Below are positions 1 through 9,008 of a stretch of 62,914 bases of DNA, piece after piece. This DNA comes from Sphingomicrobium sp. Its GTDB lineage: Bacteria; Pseudomonadota; Alphaproteobacteria; Sphingomonadales; Sphingomonadaceae. The stretch is from positions 1-62,914 of the forward strand of contig DASWTR010000031.1 in the NCBI GenBank assembly GCA_036402035.1, given 5' to 3'. The translations under genes were made by a program, and so were the position numbers. The notes beneath the pieces were generated by a model. That model was not told the DNA's origin and made no database searches. It worked only from the letters and a program-made list of their open reading frames with translations. How positions within the stretch are numbered: position 1 is the first letter of the stretch; each line of letters starts with the position of its first letter.

Positions 1-1
1 C

Positions 2-1147
2 GGTCAGCGCATCGCCAATGCGGAAACCGCGCTGAAATCCTGCCTCGCCCGCCGGTGCCCGCCCAACGAGGACATCGATGCGACACTGGTGTTGGCCGAG
101 ACCCAGATCCTCGCCGGCAAGTATCGCGATGCCCGCAAGACACTGCTCAAGTCGCTTGGCCGGAACAAGCATGTCGCCCGGCAGTATCCGGTGCCCCTGT
201 CGGAGTTGTACCGCGCCAACGGGCGGGTCGCCGCCCATCTTGGTTTCGACAGAGATTACTACAGCTCGACCTGGGGCATCTTTCGCACCCTGAAGGAAGG
301 TTTGCCGAACGCCGACGAACGACATTTCACGGCGCGGATGGAAATCGCTGAGATGATGTTCCGCACCCGCGGCCACAGCCGGGCGCGCCTCTATTACGAG
401 GATCTCGCCAAGGATGCGCGCGCCGCCGGGCGGCCGGACATCGCGGCACTGGCCGAGTTGCGCTCGGTGCTCAACCACCTGCCACCCTACATGCGCCAGG
501 CCGAAGTCCGGAAGATCGCGGAGTCGGACGATCCTGCAACCCGGGCGGCCTCGCTCCAGGCCAAATTGGCGCTGGCTCGCCTTGCCTATGAGCGGAACGA
601 TGTTGCCGAGGCCGAAGCGATCCAGCGCTCTCTGGCCAGCTACAATTTCAAGCGGCCGATCCTCATCTATTCGCCCGCCTACGAAATGTCCGAACAGCAG
701 CGAACCAACGACCGGGAGTTTGGAATTGCCATGAACTCCGCCCCCGGAAGCGGGGGTCTCGGCAACCCGGGAGGCGCCAATGGCGGAAGGACCGCCACCT
801 CCAGCCTCCCTCTTGGCCAATTTTCGACCACCCACCGAATTTCTCGAAATTATGACGATATGTGGGTCGACGTCGCCTTCCGAATTTCGCCTGACGGCAC
901 CGTGTCTGACCTTCGTATAGCGCGCAGCAAGGGCGACACTTTCTGGGCCAAACCGCTGCTCAAATCGATCGGTGGCAGGCGTTATACGCCGGCGAAGGAA
1001 GGTTCTCCCGGTACCGCACGGCTCGAGCGCTATACTTACACCTCCGGATATGAGGAAAAGAGCGACAGCAACATGGCCGGGCGGTCCCCCAATGGACGCG
1101 TCGAGTTCATCGACCTGAGCGCTGGAGGCTTGACCGAGACCAACTGA
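2..1147 (+). CDS. Helical-repeat protein with a C-terminal TonB_C-like domain (5' truncated by the window)
   Basis: The frame is open from base 2 (GQRIANAETALKSCLARRCPPNEDIDAT...). The C-terminal WVDVAFRISPDGTVSDLRI segment resembles TonB_C. Confidence 0.6.
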   Translation, partial: GQRIANAETALKSCLARRCPPNEDIDATLVLAETQILAGKYRDARKTLLKSLGRNKHVARQYPVPLSELYRANGRVAAHLGFDRDYYSSTWGIFRTLKEGLPNADERHFTARMEIAEMMFRTRGHSRARLYYEDLAKDARAAGRPDIAALAELRSVLNHLPPYMRQAEVRKIAESDDPATRAASLQAKLALARLAYERNDVAEAEAIQRSLASYNFKRPILIYSPAYEMSEQQRTNDREFGIAMNSAPGSGGLGNPGGANGGRTATSSLPLGQFSTTHRISRNYDDMWVDVAFRISPDGTVSDLRIARSKGDTFWAKPLLKSIGGRRYTPAKEGSPGTARLERYTYTSGYEEKSDSNMAGRSPNGRVEFIDLSAGGLTETN

Positions 1148-1164
1148 TCCCCGGCAGGACGTCG

Positions 1165-1180
1165 TTTACATCGCCTTTAC
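1165..1180 (+). promoter_or_regulatory. Possible degenerate CtrA-type site
   Basis: TTTA-catcgcc-TTTAC against the consensus TTAA-N7-TTAAC (2 mismatches), upstream of the GGDEF-EAL gene. Confidence 0.3.
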
Positions 1181-1214
1181 CCTCGTCGGCTATGACGCAT
1201 CGATTGGGGGTACG

Positions 1215-2795
1215 ATGGGTAAAGGCGTCATCAACCGCGGCGCGGGCAGCAGTCGGGTGGCAAGAAGCCATCTGGTAACGACCTGCGCCACACTGGCCTC
1301 GCTGATCCTGTTCGTGATGCTGGGCGCCAATGTGCTGCCCGGCGCGATGGGCGTGACGAAGGCCGGGCAGCCTGCGCTGACCGCCGCTTTCCTGCTCAAC
1401 ATCGCCATCATCCTGTTCGGCTGGCGCCGCTCCAACGACCTCGACCAAACGTTGTCCGCGCTCCGAGAGGCGGAGCAGGATGCGCTCCACAACGCCTTTA
1501 CCGATCATGTCACCGGCCTCGCCAATCGGCGTTCTCTGCTGAGCGAGCTCGAGCAGCGGGCGGGGGCTCGCACCGCGGCAGGGGCGCTGGTCCTCATCGA
1601 CCTCGACCATTTCAAGAAGGTCAACGACCTCTACGGCCACTCGGTCGGGGACGAGCTGCTCAAGGCGGTTGCCGATATACTGGTCCGCGACCTTCCAGGC
1701 GGTGCGTTCATTGCACGGCTCGGCGGGGATGAGTTCGCCGCGGTGCTGCCCGATCTCCAGGCGGCGGAAGAATCGGTCGGTCGGCTGATCGCTTCCCTTG
1801 CCGCGCCGATCGGCTTGGGCTCGGTCACCGCGCAGATTTCGGCGTCCGCCGGAATCACGCCCTTCAGCCGCTCGCTTGCCCCGCTCGACATGCTGCGGCG
1901 CGCCGATGTCGCCATGTATTCGGTTAAACGGTCGGGCCGGAACGGCCTTGCCTGGTTTGACGGAGAAATGGAGCGGCAGCTGTACAGCCGCGTCGCGTTG
2001 GAGGAAGAAATCCGCCGCGGGATCGATGCGGACGAGTTCGTGCCCTATTTCCAGCCCCTAATCAGCCTCGACACCGGCGAGCTCAACGGGTTCGAGGTGC
2101 TGGCCCGGTGGCGTTCGCCCAGCCGCGGCATCGTCGAACCGGCCGAGTTCATCGCGATCGCCGAGCAGTCCGGCCAGATCGGCGCGCTGTCGATGCGGGT
2201 TATGGAAAAGGCGCTGCACGAGGCAAAGGATTGGCCCGCCGATTTGAAGCTGGCGGTCAATATTTCCCCTGTCCAGTTCCGCGACCCGCATCTGGCAGAG
2301 CGGATCGTCAAGCTTCTGACCGAGAGTGGCTTTCCCGCCCGCCGGCTCGAGGTTGAAATCACCGAGAGCACGCTGATGGAGGATCGCGAGCAGGCGCTGA
2401 CCATCGTTCAGAGTCTGCGCAACAATGGCATCACCATCGCGCTCGACGATTTCGGCACTGGCTACGCCTCGCTGAGCCAGCTTCACTCGCTGCCGTTCGA
2501 CCGGATCAAGATCGACAAGAGCTTCATCGCCGCCCTCGGCAGCGAGGAGCATGGCGCCGCGATCGTCGAAACCATTACCGCGCTCGGCAAATCGCTCGGC
2601 GTCCCGATCACCGCCGAGGGTGTCGAGACCGGCGACATTCGCGAGCAGTTGGCCGCGCTCGGCTGTTCAGACGCCCAGGGCTGGTATTTTGGCCGGGCGG
2701 TGGCGGGCCATGTCGCCGGCAGCAAGTTCAATCGCCCCGAAGTTCCCGAAGCCCCAGCCGACCGCGACGCCCGCGCAGCTGGGAAGAAGTGGTAG
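1215..2795 (+). CDS. Membrane-anchored diguanylate cyclase/phosphodiesterase (GGDEF-EAL)
   Basis: Two N-terminal hydrophobic helices plus DLDHFKKVND, RLGGDEF, EVLARW and DDFGTGY motifs. Confidence 0.95.
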   Translation: MGKGVINRGAGSSRVARSHLVTTCATLASLILFVMLGANVLPGAMGVTKAGQPALTAAFLLNIAIILFGWRRSNDLDQTLSALREAEQDALHNAFTDHVTGLANRRSLLSELEQRAGARTAAGALVLIDLDHFKKVNDLYGHSVGDELLKAVADILVRDLPGGAFIARLGGDEFAAVLPDLQAAEESVGRLIASLAAPIGLGSVTAQISASAGITPFSRSLAPLDMLRRADVAMYSVKRSGRNGLAWFDGEMERQLYSRVALEEEIRRGIDADEFVPYFQPLISLDTGELNGFEVLARWRSPSRGIVEPAEFIAIAEQSGQIGALSMRVMEKALHEAKDWPADLKLAVNISPVQFRDPHLAERIVKLLTESGFPARRLEVEITESTLMEDREQALTIVQSLRNNGITIALDDFGTGYASLSQLHSLPFDRIKIDKSFIAALGSEEHGAAIVETITALGKSLGVPITAEGVETGDIREQLAALGCSDAQGWYFGRAVAGHVAGSKFNRPEVPEAPADRDARAAGKKW

Positions 2796-2801
2796 TAGCC
2801 C

Positions 2802-4088
2802 TCAGCGCGAACCGAAGCCGGTAATCATCGTCCGGATGGTGCGGAAGGTGATGAGGATATCGAGCCAGGCCGAGAAATATTTGACGTAGTAAAAGTCGTA
2901 CTGAAGCTTGGCGTTGACCTCGTCGACGGACGCAACATGCCCCTGATTGACCTGCGCCCAGCCGCTGATCCCAGGCCGGACCACATGGCGATAGCGGTAA
3001 AAAGGGATTTCCCCGGTGTACCAGCTCGATAGGGATTCGGCCTCCGGCCGCGGGCCGATCCAGCTCATCTGGCCCATGAGGATGTTGAAGATTTGCGGCA
3101 GCTCATCGAGCCGCGACGCCCTGAGGCGTGCGCCGACGTGGGTGATCCTCGGGTCTCCGTCGGTGGTTATGGCTTCCTCAACTGCGCCTTCACTAGGTCC
3201 GCTGTGGACCATCGTCCGGAACTTGAGCATGCGGAACGGCTCGCCGGCCCGGCCGACACGCCGTTGCCGAAACAGGACGGGGCCGGGGCTGTCCAGTTTG
3301 ATCGCCAGCGCGATACCCGCCATCACCGGCAGTGCCAGCGGAAGGATGGCCACAGCGAGTACGAAATCCGCCGCGGACTTGAGGTGGAAATAGGCCCGCG
3401 CCGGGACCAGGCTGCCGAAGCTGTTTTCCGACAAATGGTCGATGGCCACCCGGCCGGTCAGCGATTCCTGCAGCTGCTTGACCTGATAGACCATCCGCCC
3501 ATGCACCGCCGCGTCGGCCATCAGCGCCTCCCACTCAGGCGGCATGTCCGGAGCGGCGAAATCGGCAACGATACCATCGCAAAGCGCAGCGTCGTCGAGC
3601 GTCGGTTCGCGCATCAAATGCCAGTCGACGCTGTCGACCGATTTCAGACGATCGACATCGCCGAACGGGACGATGGCGATACGGTGCCGAATCAGGCGAT
3701 GAACCGCCATATAGAGGCCGTAAGCCCAGACAATGTGGGCCATGAAGCCGGCGACCAGAGCCAGGCGATCGTAGGGAAGTCGCGTCAGCAGCAGGATGGT
3801 GACGATGGTCGCATGGGCCAGCACGATTGACGGCAGGATGACGTGCGTCGCGCGGATGCCGGGATAGGTTTCGATCGACAGGCGCACCCAGAAGGCGATC
3901 AGCACCGCTAAGCTGTTGCAGATGAAGGCGTTGACCGAGGCGGCGTAAAAAGTGTCCTGCGGCAGGATGATCGCCCGAAGGACGAAAGGCAGCACTGCCG
4001 TCGCGACCAGCGCCCCAAGCAGGTTGAACCGCTGCCGGGCAATGAAGCGGCGCTGGGTCCGGAGCGCGGTGGGCGGCGCATGCAGCAT
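2802..4088 (-). CDS. Priming sugar transferase (polyprenyl-phosphate glycosylphosphotransferase family)
   Basis: N-terminal TM helices plus KFRTM, RLDELPQ, GPRPE and PGISGWAQV motifs. Confidence 0.92.
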   Translation of the reverse strand: MLHAPPTALRTQRRFIARQRFNLLGALVATAVLPFVLRAIILPQDTFYAASVNAFICNSLAVLIAFWVRLSIETYPGIRATHVILPSIVLAHATIVTILLLTRLPYDRLALVAGFMAHIVWAYGLYMAVHRLIRHRIAIVPFGDVDRLKSVDSVDWHLMREPTLDDAALCDGIVADFAAPDMPPEWEALMADAAVHGRMVYQVKQLQESLTGRVAIDHLSENSFGSLVPARAYFHLKSAADFVLAVAILPLALPVMAGIALAIKLDSPGPVLFRQRRVGRAGEPFRMLKFRTMVHSGPSEGAVEEAITTDGDPRITHVGARLRASRLDELPQIFNILMGQMSWIGPRPEAESLSSWYTGEIPFYRYRHVVRPGISGWAQVNQGHVASVDEVNAKLQYDFYYVKYFSAWLDILITFRTIRTMITGFGSR

Positions 4089-4179
4089 CAGTCCGACTCG
4101 CTATCCCCTGCCTGTCGGCCGATGGCGGCGCGCATCGGCGGGAGCAGCCAGAATCTCGGTCCTCGACATTGCGATCTCG

Positions 4180-4542
4180 TTACCGGTCTGGGTACCAATG
4201 AGTACCGCCGTGAAGGCGCCGGGTGCCCAGCGAGATGACCCCCATGCCGCCTCGGGGCAGGCCGATCACCGCGGTGCCGTGAGCTGCGCGATAGCCACCA
4301 CTCCCGATCGAAAGGCCGACTTCTCCGCTAACGTGCGTGTCAAGCGAATCCGGCGCTTGCTCAGCCGGTAGGGTCCTTGTACCGGCGCCCTCCCGCTTGC
4401 CCGCAGCTTCGCTCAGGATTTTCTCGATTTCTTCGGGAGCAAGCCGACGCTCGTTCGAAATTGATCTCGAATCGGCCGCAACGGCGGCGCACGGCAGCGT
4501 CATTAGCGCGAATGCCAGTACCAGGGTCTGGAACGCGGTCAT
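4180..4542 (-). CDS. Hypothetical secreted protein
   Basis: 120-aa ORF with a signal-peptide-like N-terminus (AVA-AD) and a Gly-rich beta-strand-like C-terminus. Confidence 0.55.
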   Translation of the reverse strand: MTAFQTLVLAFALMTLPCAAVAADSRSISNERRLAPEEIEKILSEAAGKREGAGTRTLPAEQAPDSLDTHVSGEVGLSIGSGGYRAAHGTAVIGLPRGGMGVISLGTRRLHGGTHWYPDR

Positions 4543-4581
4543 GGGAGACCACTAGACCGAACCGGACATTGGCACAAACGA

Positions 4582-4611
4582 AAGCGGCGGCGCCTCTCGA
4601 CGCCGCCGCTT
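4582..4611. terminator. Intrinsic terminator downstream of the pilin gene
   Basis: Stem AAGCGGCGGCG / CGCCGCCGCTT with T-rich flanks on both sides. Confidence 0.8.
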
Positions 4612-4631
4612 CCTTGTTTCAGGCTTACGCC

Positions 4632-4802
4632 TTAGTTGGCCGCAGCCAGCTCGGTCGAAACGCGGTTGAACGTCGTCTCGAGTTCGTTGCCGACCGAACC
4701 CATGGCGGCAATGGCAGCAACGGCAATCAGAGCGGCGATCAGGCCATACTCAATGGCGGTCGCACCCTTCTTCGACTTAATCAGCTTAAGAAACTTGGCC
4801 AT
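4632..4802 (-). CDS. Flp family type IVb/Tad pilin (56 aa; not in the ORF track)
   Basis: Manual translation MAKFLKLIKSKKG/ATAIEYGLIAALIAVAAIAAMGSVGNELETTFNRVSTELAAAN. It has the G/xxxxEY Flp motif and an AGGAG RBS. Confidence 0.95.
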   Translation of the reverse strand: MAKFLKLIKSKKGATAIEYGLIAALIAVAAIAAMGSVGNELETTFNRVSTELAAAN

Positions 4803-4896
4803 CTCTGGTCTCCTTCAGGCTCCACAAAAGGGATCCACTTACCCCTCACCTCCGCTACAAAAGCGCGTCGGTTGCAGAGAGAATTACGACCTGAGG

Positions 4897-4912
4897 GTTG
4901 AGAAAGGCTTAA
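4897..4912 (-). promoter_or_regulatory. CtrA-like site upstream of the pilin gene
   Basis: The minus strand reads TTAA-gcctttc-TCAAC (1 mismatch to TTAA-N7-TTAAC). A TTAAC half-site lies at 4932-4936. Confidence 0.55.
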
Positions 4913-4957
4913 AGCCGCTGGTTTCCGGGCATTAACCTTGATTTTTCTTGCGATAGG

Positions 4958-6952
4958 TCAATTTTCATCGATCAGCCGCTCGACCATATCCAATATCGAA
5001 CGGATCGTCTCCCCGCCTTCGCTCCACTCGTCGGGCAACGGGCTCTTGCGCTCGGCAGGCGCCTGTCGGCGCTCAGGCAATCTGAAGCCGGCCGGCAAGG
5101 GCGGACCGCGCCGTCCATCGACAGCGATCGCCGGACCCATGAATCGGCGCCAGATTTCGGCCGGCGCGGTACCGCCGGTGATCTTGCCCAGCGATCGATT
5201 GTTGTCATGCCCGACCCATACGCCGACCACCAGGTTGCCCGCGAACCCGATGAACAGGGCGTCGCGATTCTCCTGGGTCGTGCCGGTCTTGCCGAACGTC
5301 GGGGTGGAAATAGCGGCCCGGCGCCCGGTTCCTTCGTTCGCGGCCGCCCACAGCAGCTCCAGCATTGGCGCCCGGTCGCGCCGGTCATCGAGCCGTCCAC
5401 CGCGGGCAAAGAAGCTGGATAGCCCCGCCTCCTCTTCGTCGAGCGGCAAGCCGCGCGGTTCGACGGGATAACGGCCTCCGGCGATCGCGGCATAAGCGGA
5501 TGTCAGCTCGAGCAGGCTGACGCCGGAAGTTCCGAGCGCCAGGCTCGGCCGGTCGGTCAGTGGCGAATCGATGCCGAGTTCACGTGCCGCGCGGATCACA
5601 TTCTGACGCCCCACACGTTCCGCCAGCCGCACCGTCGCGGCGTTACTCGACCGGGCAAACGCCTCGCGCAGCGTGATCGAACCGCGATAGACTCCGTCAT
5701 TGTTACCCGGCGACCAGCCATCGACGGTGATCGGCTTGTCTTCGACGATGCTGTCCGGCGTGTAACCCGCGCGGAGCGCCGCGAGGTAGACGAACAGTTT
5801 GAATGCACTTCCCGGCTGGCGTCTGGCCTGGGTTGCGCGGTTGAACGGGCTTTTGCCATAGCTCCGCCCGCCGACCATCGCCACCACTCGCCCATCTGGC
5901 CGCATCGCCACCAGCGCGGCCTGCGCGTCGCCGATCCGCGCATTGGCCACGGCACGGACAGCAAGGCGCTGAAGGTCGGCATCGAGCGTCGTCGGCACCC
6001 GCACCTCGCCATAGTCGGCATCGAACGCCTGCGCTGCCTGCGGCGCGACCCAGTCGGCGAAATAGGTGCCGGTCGGCACGCTGCCCCTTCCGCCTACGGG
6101 TCGGGCCGATTTCGTCGCCTGCGCCCGCGCCTGGGTGATATAGTCATTGTCGGCCATTTCCTGCAGCACCAGCCGGCTGCGCTTCTGGGCAGCGGCGAGG
6201 TTCCTGGTCGGCGCGAGCCGTGACGGCGCCTGCACCATGCCCGCCAGCATCGCCGACTGCGCGAGCGTCAGCCGTTCCGGCTCCCGATCGAAATAATGGC
6301 GCGATGCCGCACGCAGCCCATAGACGCCGTCGCCGAAATAGACCGACGACAAATAACGCGACAGGATCTCGTCCTTGGTCAGCCAACCCTCCAGCCAGAA
6401 GGCGATGATCACCTCCTGGGCCTTGCGCTTCAGTGAGCGGTCCGCAGACAGGAAGCTGGTCTTGGCCAGCTGCTGGGTCAGCGTGCTCCCGCCCTGCCGG
6501 ACTCCTCCGGCTTTCATGTTGGCGACCATCGCCCGCCCGATGGCACGCGGGTCGATCCCCCAATGACTCCTGAAGCGCCGATCCTCAATGGCGATGAAGG
6601 CGGCCGGCGTCATCGGGTCGAGCCCGGCGACGTCGACCGGCTCGTCCTTGATCGCGCCGCGGCGCGCGATCGGCCGGCCTTCGGCCGACACCAGCAGCAT
6701 CGCCGGATCCTCGAGCGGCTCCAGCGCGCGCGATAGCGGTGCCGTCACGATCAGCCAGATGAGGGTGACGAGCAGCAGGGCAGCAAAAACATTGAAGCCC
6801 CAGCGCAGCCAGCGCCGCTTGGATCGCCTTGGCTCCTCGGCGGGTGGCGGGACCGGCGGCGGCGTGCTGGGCGCGAACGGGTCAGGCAGGATTTCGACGT
6901 CGGTTCCGCCGCGCTGCCAGACTCCTTGGGCCGAACCGTGATATTCCGCCAT
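4958..6952 (-). CDS. Class A penicillin-binding protein (transglycosylase/transpeptidase, PBP1A family)
   Basis: EDRRF and GGSTLTQQLAK glycosyltransferase motifs; SAFK, SSN and KTG transpeptidase motifs; one TM anchor. Confidence 0.95.
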   Translation of the reverse strand: MAEYHGSAQGVWQRGGTDVEILPDPFAPSTPPPVPPPAEEPRRSKRRWLRWGFNVFAALLLVTLIWLIVTAPLSRALEPLEDPAMLLVSAEGRPIARRGAIKDEPVDVAGLDPMTPAAFIAIEDRRFRSHWGIDPRAIGRAMVANMKAGGVRQGGSTLTQQLAKTSFLSADRSLKRKAQEVIIAFWLEGWLTKDEILSRYLSSVYFGDGVYGLRAASRHYFDREPERLTLAQSAMLAGMVQAPSRLAPTRNLAAAQKRSRLVLQEMADNDYITQARAQATKSARPVGGRGSVPTGTYFADWVAPQAAQAFDADYGEVRVPTTLDADLQRLAVRAVANARIGDAQAALVAMRPDGRVVAMVGGRSYGKSPFNRATQARRQPGSAFKLFVYLAALRAGYTPDSIVEDKPITVDGWSPGNNDGVYRGSITLREAFARSSNAATVRLAERVGRQNVIRAARELGIDSPLTDRPSLALGTSGVSLLELTSAYAAIAGGRYPVEPRGLPLDEEEAGLSSFFARGGRLDDRRDRAPMLELLWAAANEGTGRRAAISTPTFGKTGTTQENRDALFIGFAGNLVVGVWVGHDNNRSLGKITGGTAPAEIWRRFMGPAIAVDGRRGPPLPAGFRLPERRQAPAERKSPLPDEWSEGGETIRSILDMVERLIDEN

Positions 6953-7068
6953 CTCTCCCCTTTCGGCGAAAAATCCGCCGAAGCCGTACTGCCTTACACT
7001 GGTAATACAGTCGGCGTCGAATATCCAGTGGTTGATGAACCACTGTTTAAGGCTAAACCCGGTCGGCG

Positions 7069-8571
7069 ATGGCCGTGTCCCCTCCCCGCTGCTGGTCGAT
7101 CGTCGCGCTTCTCGCGGCCGCCTCGCTTGCAGGCTGCGGGAGTGAACGAAGCGACGTTAGCCAAGTGGCCGTGATCGGGCCTGAGCCCAAGTTGATCGAG
7201 ACGGTGACGGCGCCGCTTAGCGAGAGTGAAGCGGTGATTCGCTCCAACATGGCGCAGGGCTTGGTCCGGTTCGACGAACGCGGCCAGGTCGTGCCCGGCC
7301 TCGCCGAACGATGGAACGTCAGCGACGACGGATTGAGTTATATCTTTCGGCTCCAGACGGGGGAATGGCCGGACGGGCGCAAGATCCGGGCCGACGACAT
7401 CGCTCGGATCATCAGTCGACAGCTGCGCCCCGCCAGCACCAATCCGCTGAAGGACACGCTGGGCGCGGTCGATGAAGTGGTGGCCATGACCGACCGAGTC
7501 ATCGAAATCCGCCTGAATGCGCCCAGGCCGAACCTGCTGCAGTTGCTGGCTCAGCCGGAATTTGGACTGGTTCGGGCCGGCGTCGGCAACGGGCCGTTTC
7601 GAGCGCCGACGGTCGAGGAGGCTGCGGCCATCCCCGCCGCCGAAATGCAGGGCAGCGGGTTGTTCATCGTCCATCGGGTGCGCGTGCCTGATGCCGAGGA
7701 CCCGATTGAAAAGGTTCGGATCACGGGCGGCGATGCGAGGCGGCTGGTCGCGGCCTTTGCCAAAGGCGACGTCGATCTTGTGCTAGGCGGTACGGTCGGC
7801 GACCTGCCTTATGCCTGGCGCGCCAAGGTTCCGCGCGGATCCCGCCGCTTCGATCCGGTGGCGGGACTGTTCGGACTGGTCCCAACCGGGCGAAGCGAGG
7901 CGCTCGAGGAGCGCGACGTGCGCCGCCTGCTTAGCCGCGCGATCGATCGACAGGCGCTGATCGACGGCCTTCTCGTCGGCGGGCTCCAACCGCGCGCTAC
8001 CCTGTTGCAGGGCGGCCTGGAGGGCATTGGAAATCCCCGACAGCCGGACTGGCTCGGGCAGCCGGCGCAGGAGCGCCGCGCGGCCTTGGTGAACGAGGCG
8101 CGCCGGTTGTTCGGCGGCACGGATCGCCCGACGCTCCGCCTGTTCCTGCCGCAAGGGCCGGGCGGTGACTATCTGTTCGATCGACTGCGCTACGATTGGG
8201 GTCCGCTCGGCATCACGCTGGAGCGAACGGCCAGCGCCCGCTCCGCCGACTTGGCTTGGATCGACGAAGTCGCACCCTCGTCGACCCCCGCCTGGTTCCT
8301 CCGCCGCTTCCGCTGCAATCTCGTAGCCATCTGTGTCGAGCAGGCGGACGAGCTGATGGATCAGGCGCGCGAGACGCTCAATTCGAGCGAGCGATCGCAA
8401 TTCCTGTTGGAAGCGGCCAGCCTGCTCGACGAAGCCCAGGTGTTCATTCCGATTGCCGCGCCCATCCGCTGGTCGCTGGTTTCCGGCCAGGTGCCGGGAT
8501 TTGCAGAGAACCCCTTTGCCCGCCACACGTTGGTCGGTTTGCGCGACCCGCGCCTTGGAGGAACGCCTTGA
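7069..8571 (+). CDS. ABC transporter substrate-binding lipoprotein (peptide/nickel family 5)
   Basis: Lipobox LAGC and the family-5 signature PGLAERWNVSDDGLSYIFRL. Confidence 0.85.
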   Translation: MAVSPPRCWSIVALLAAASLAGCGSERSDVSQVAVIGPEPKLIETVTAPLSESEAVIRSNMAQGLVRFDERGQVVPGLAERWNVSDDGLSYIFRLQTGEWPDGRKIRADDIARIISRQLRPASTNPLKDTLGAVDEVVAMTDRVIEIRLNAPRPNLLQLLAQPEFGLVRAGVGNGPFRAPTVEEAAAIPAAEMQGSGLFIVHRVRVPDAEDPIEKVRITGGDARRLVAAFAKGDVDLVLGGTVGDLPYAWRAKVPRGSRRFDPVAGLFGLVPTGRSEALEERDVRRLLSRAIDRQALIDGLLVGGLQPRATLLQGGLEGIGNPRQPDWLGQPAQERRAALVNEARRLFGGTDRPTLRLFLPQGPGGDYLFDRLRYDWGPLGITLERTASARSADLAWIDEVAPSSTPAWFLRRFRCNLVAICVEQADELMDQARETLNSSERSQFLLEAASLLDEAQVFIPIAAPIRWSLVSGQVPGFAENPFARHTLVGLRDPRLGGTP

Positions 8572-9008
8572 CCGACGCGATCGATCAACCAACGCCGAAG
8601 ATGCGCCGGGAAATGCCCGGGCTCGGTTCCGATCCGGCGTCGGTCCGTCAGAGAATCGAGGCGATGGAGAAAATCCTCGAGCGGATGTTCGTCATTCCGG
8701 GCATCAACAAACCGGTCGGTCTCGACGTTATCCTGGACGTGGTACCGGGCCTTGGGACGATCAGCGCGGCGGTCCTCGGCAGCTATATCGCCTGGGAAGC
8801 GCGCAACCTCGGGATGTCCAAGTGGCAATTCACCCGCATGGCCGGAAATATCGGGTTCGACATGCTGCTGGGGGCGATTCCCTGGGTCGGGGCCATTCCC
8901 GACCTGTTCTTCCAGTCGAACACGCGCAACCTGCGGATCATCAAACGTCACCTCGACAAGCACCACCCGCACACCCGTACGATCGATATCGACGCACGGC
9001 GTCCCTAG
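8568..9008 (+). CDS. DUF4112 family membrane protein
   Basis: The TTG start overlaps the upstream TGA and has a GGAGG RBS. GLDVILDVVPGLG...GAIPDLFFQSNTRNL pattern. Confidence 0.8.
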   Translation: MTDAIDQPTPKMRREMPGLGSDPASVRQRIEAMEKILERMFVIPGINKPVGLDVILDVVPGLGTISAAVLGSYIAWEARNLGMSKWQFTRMAGNIGFDMLLGAIPWVGAIPDLFFQSNTRNLRIIKRHLDKHHPHTRTIDIDARRP

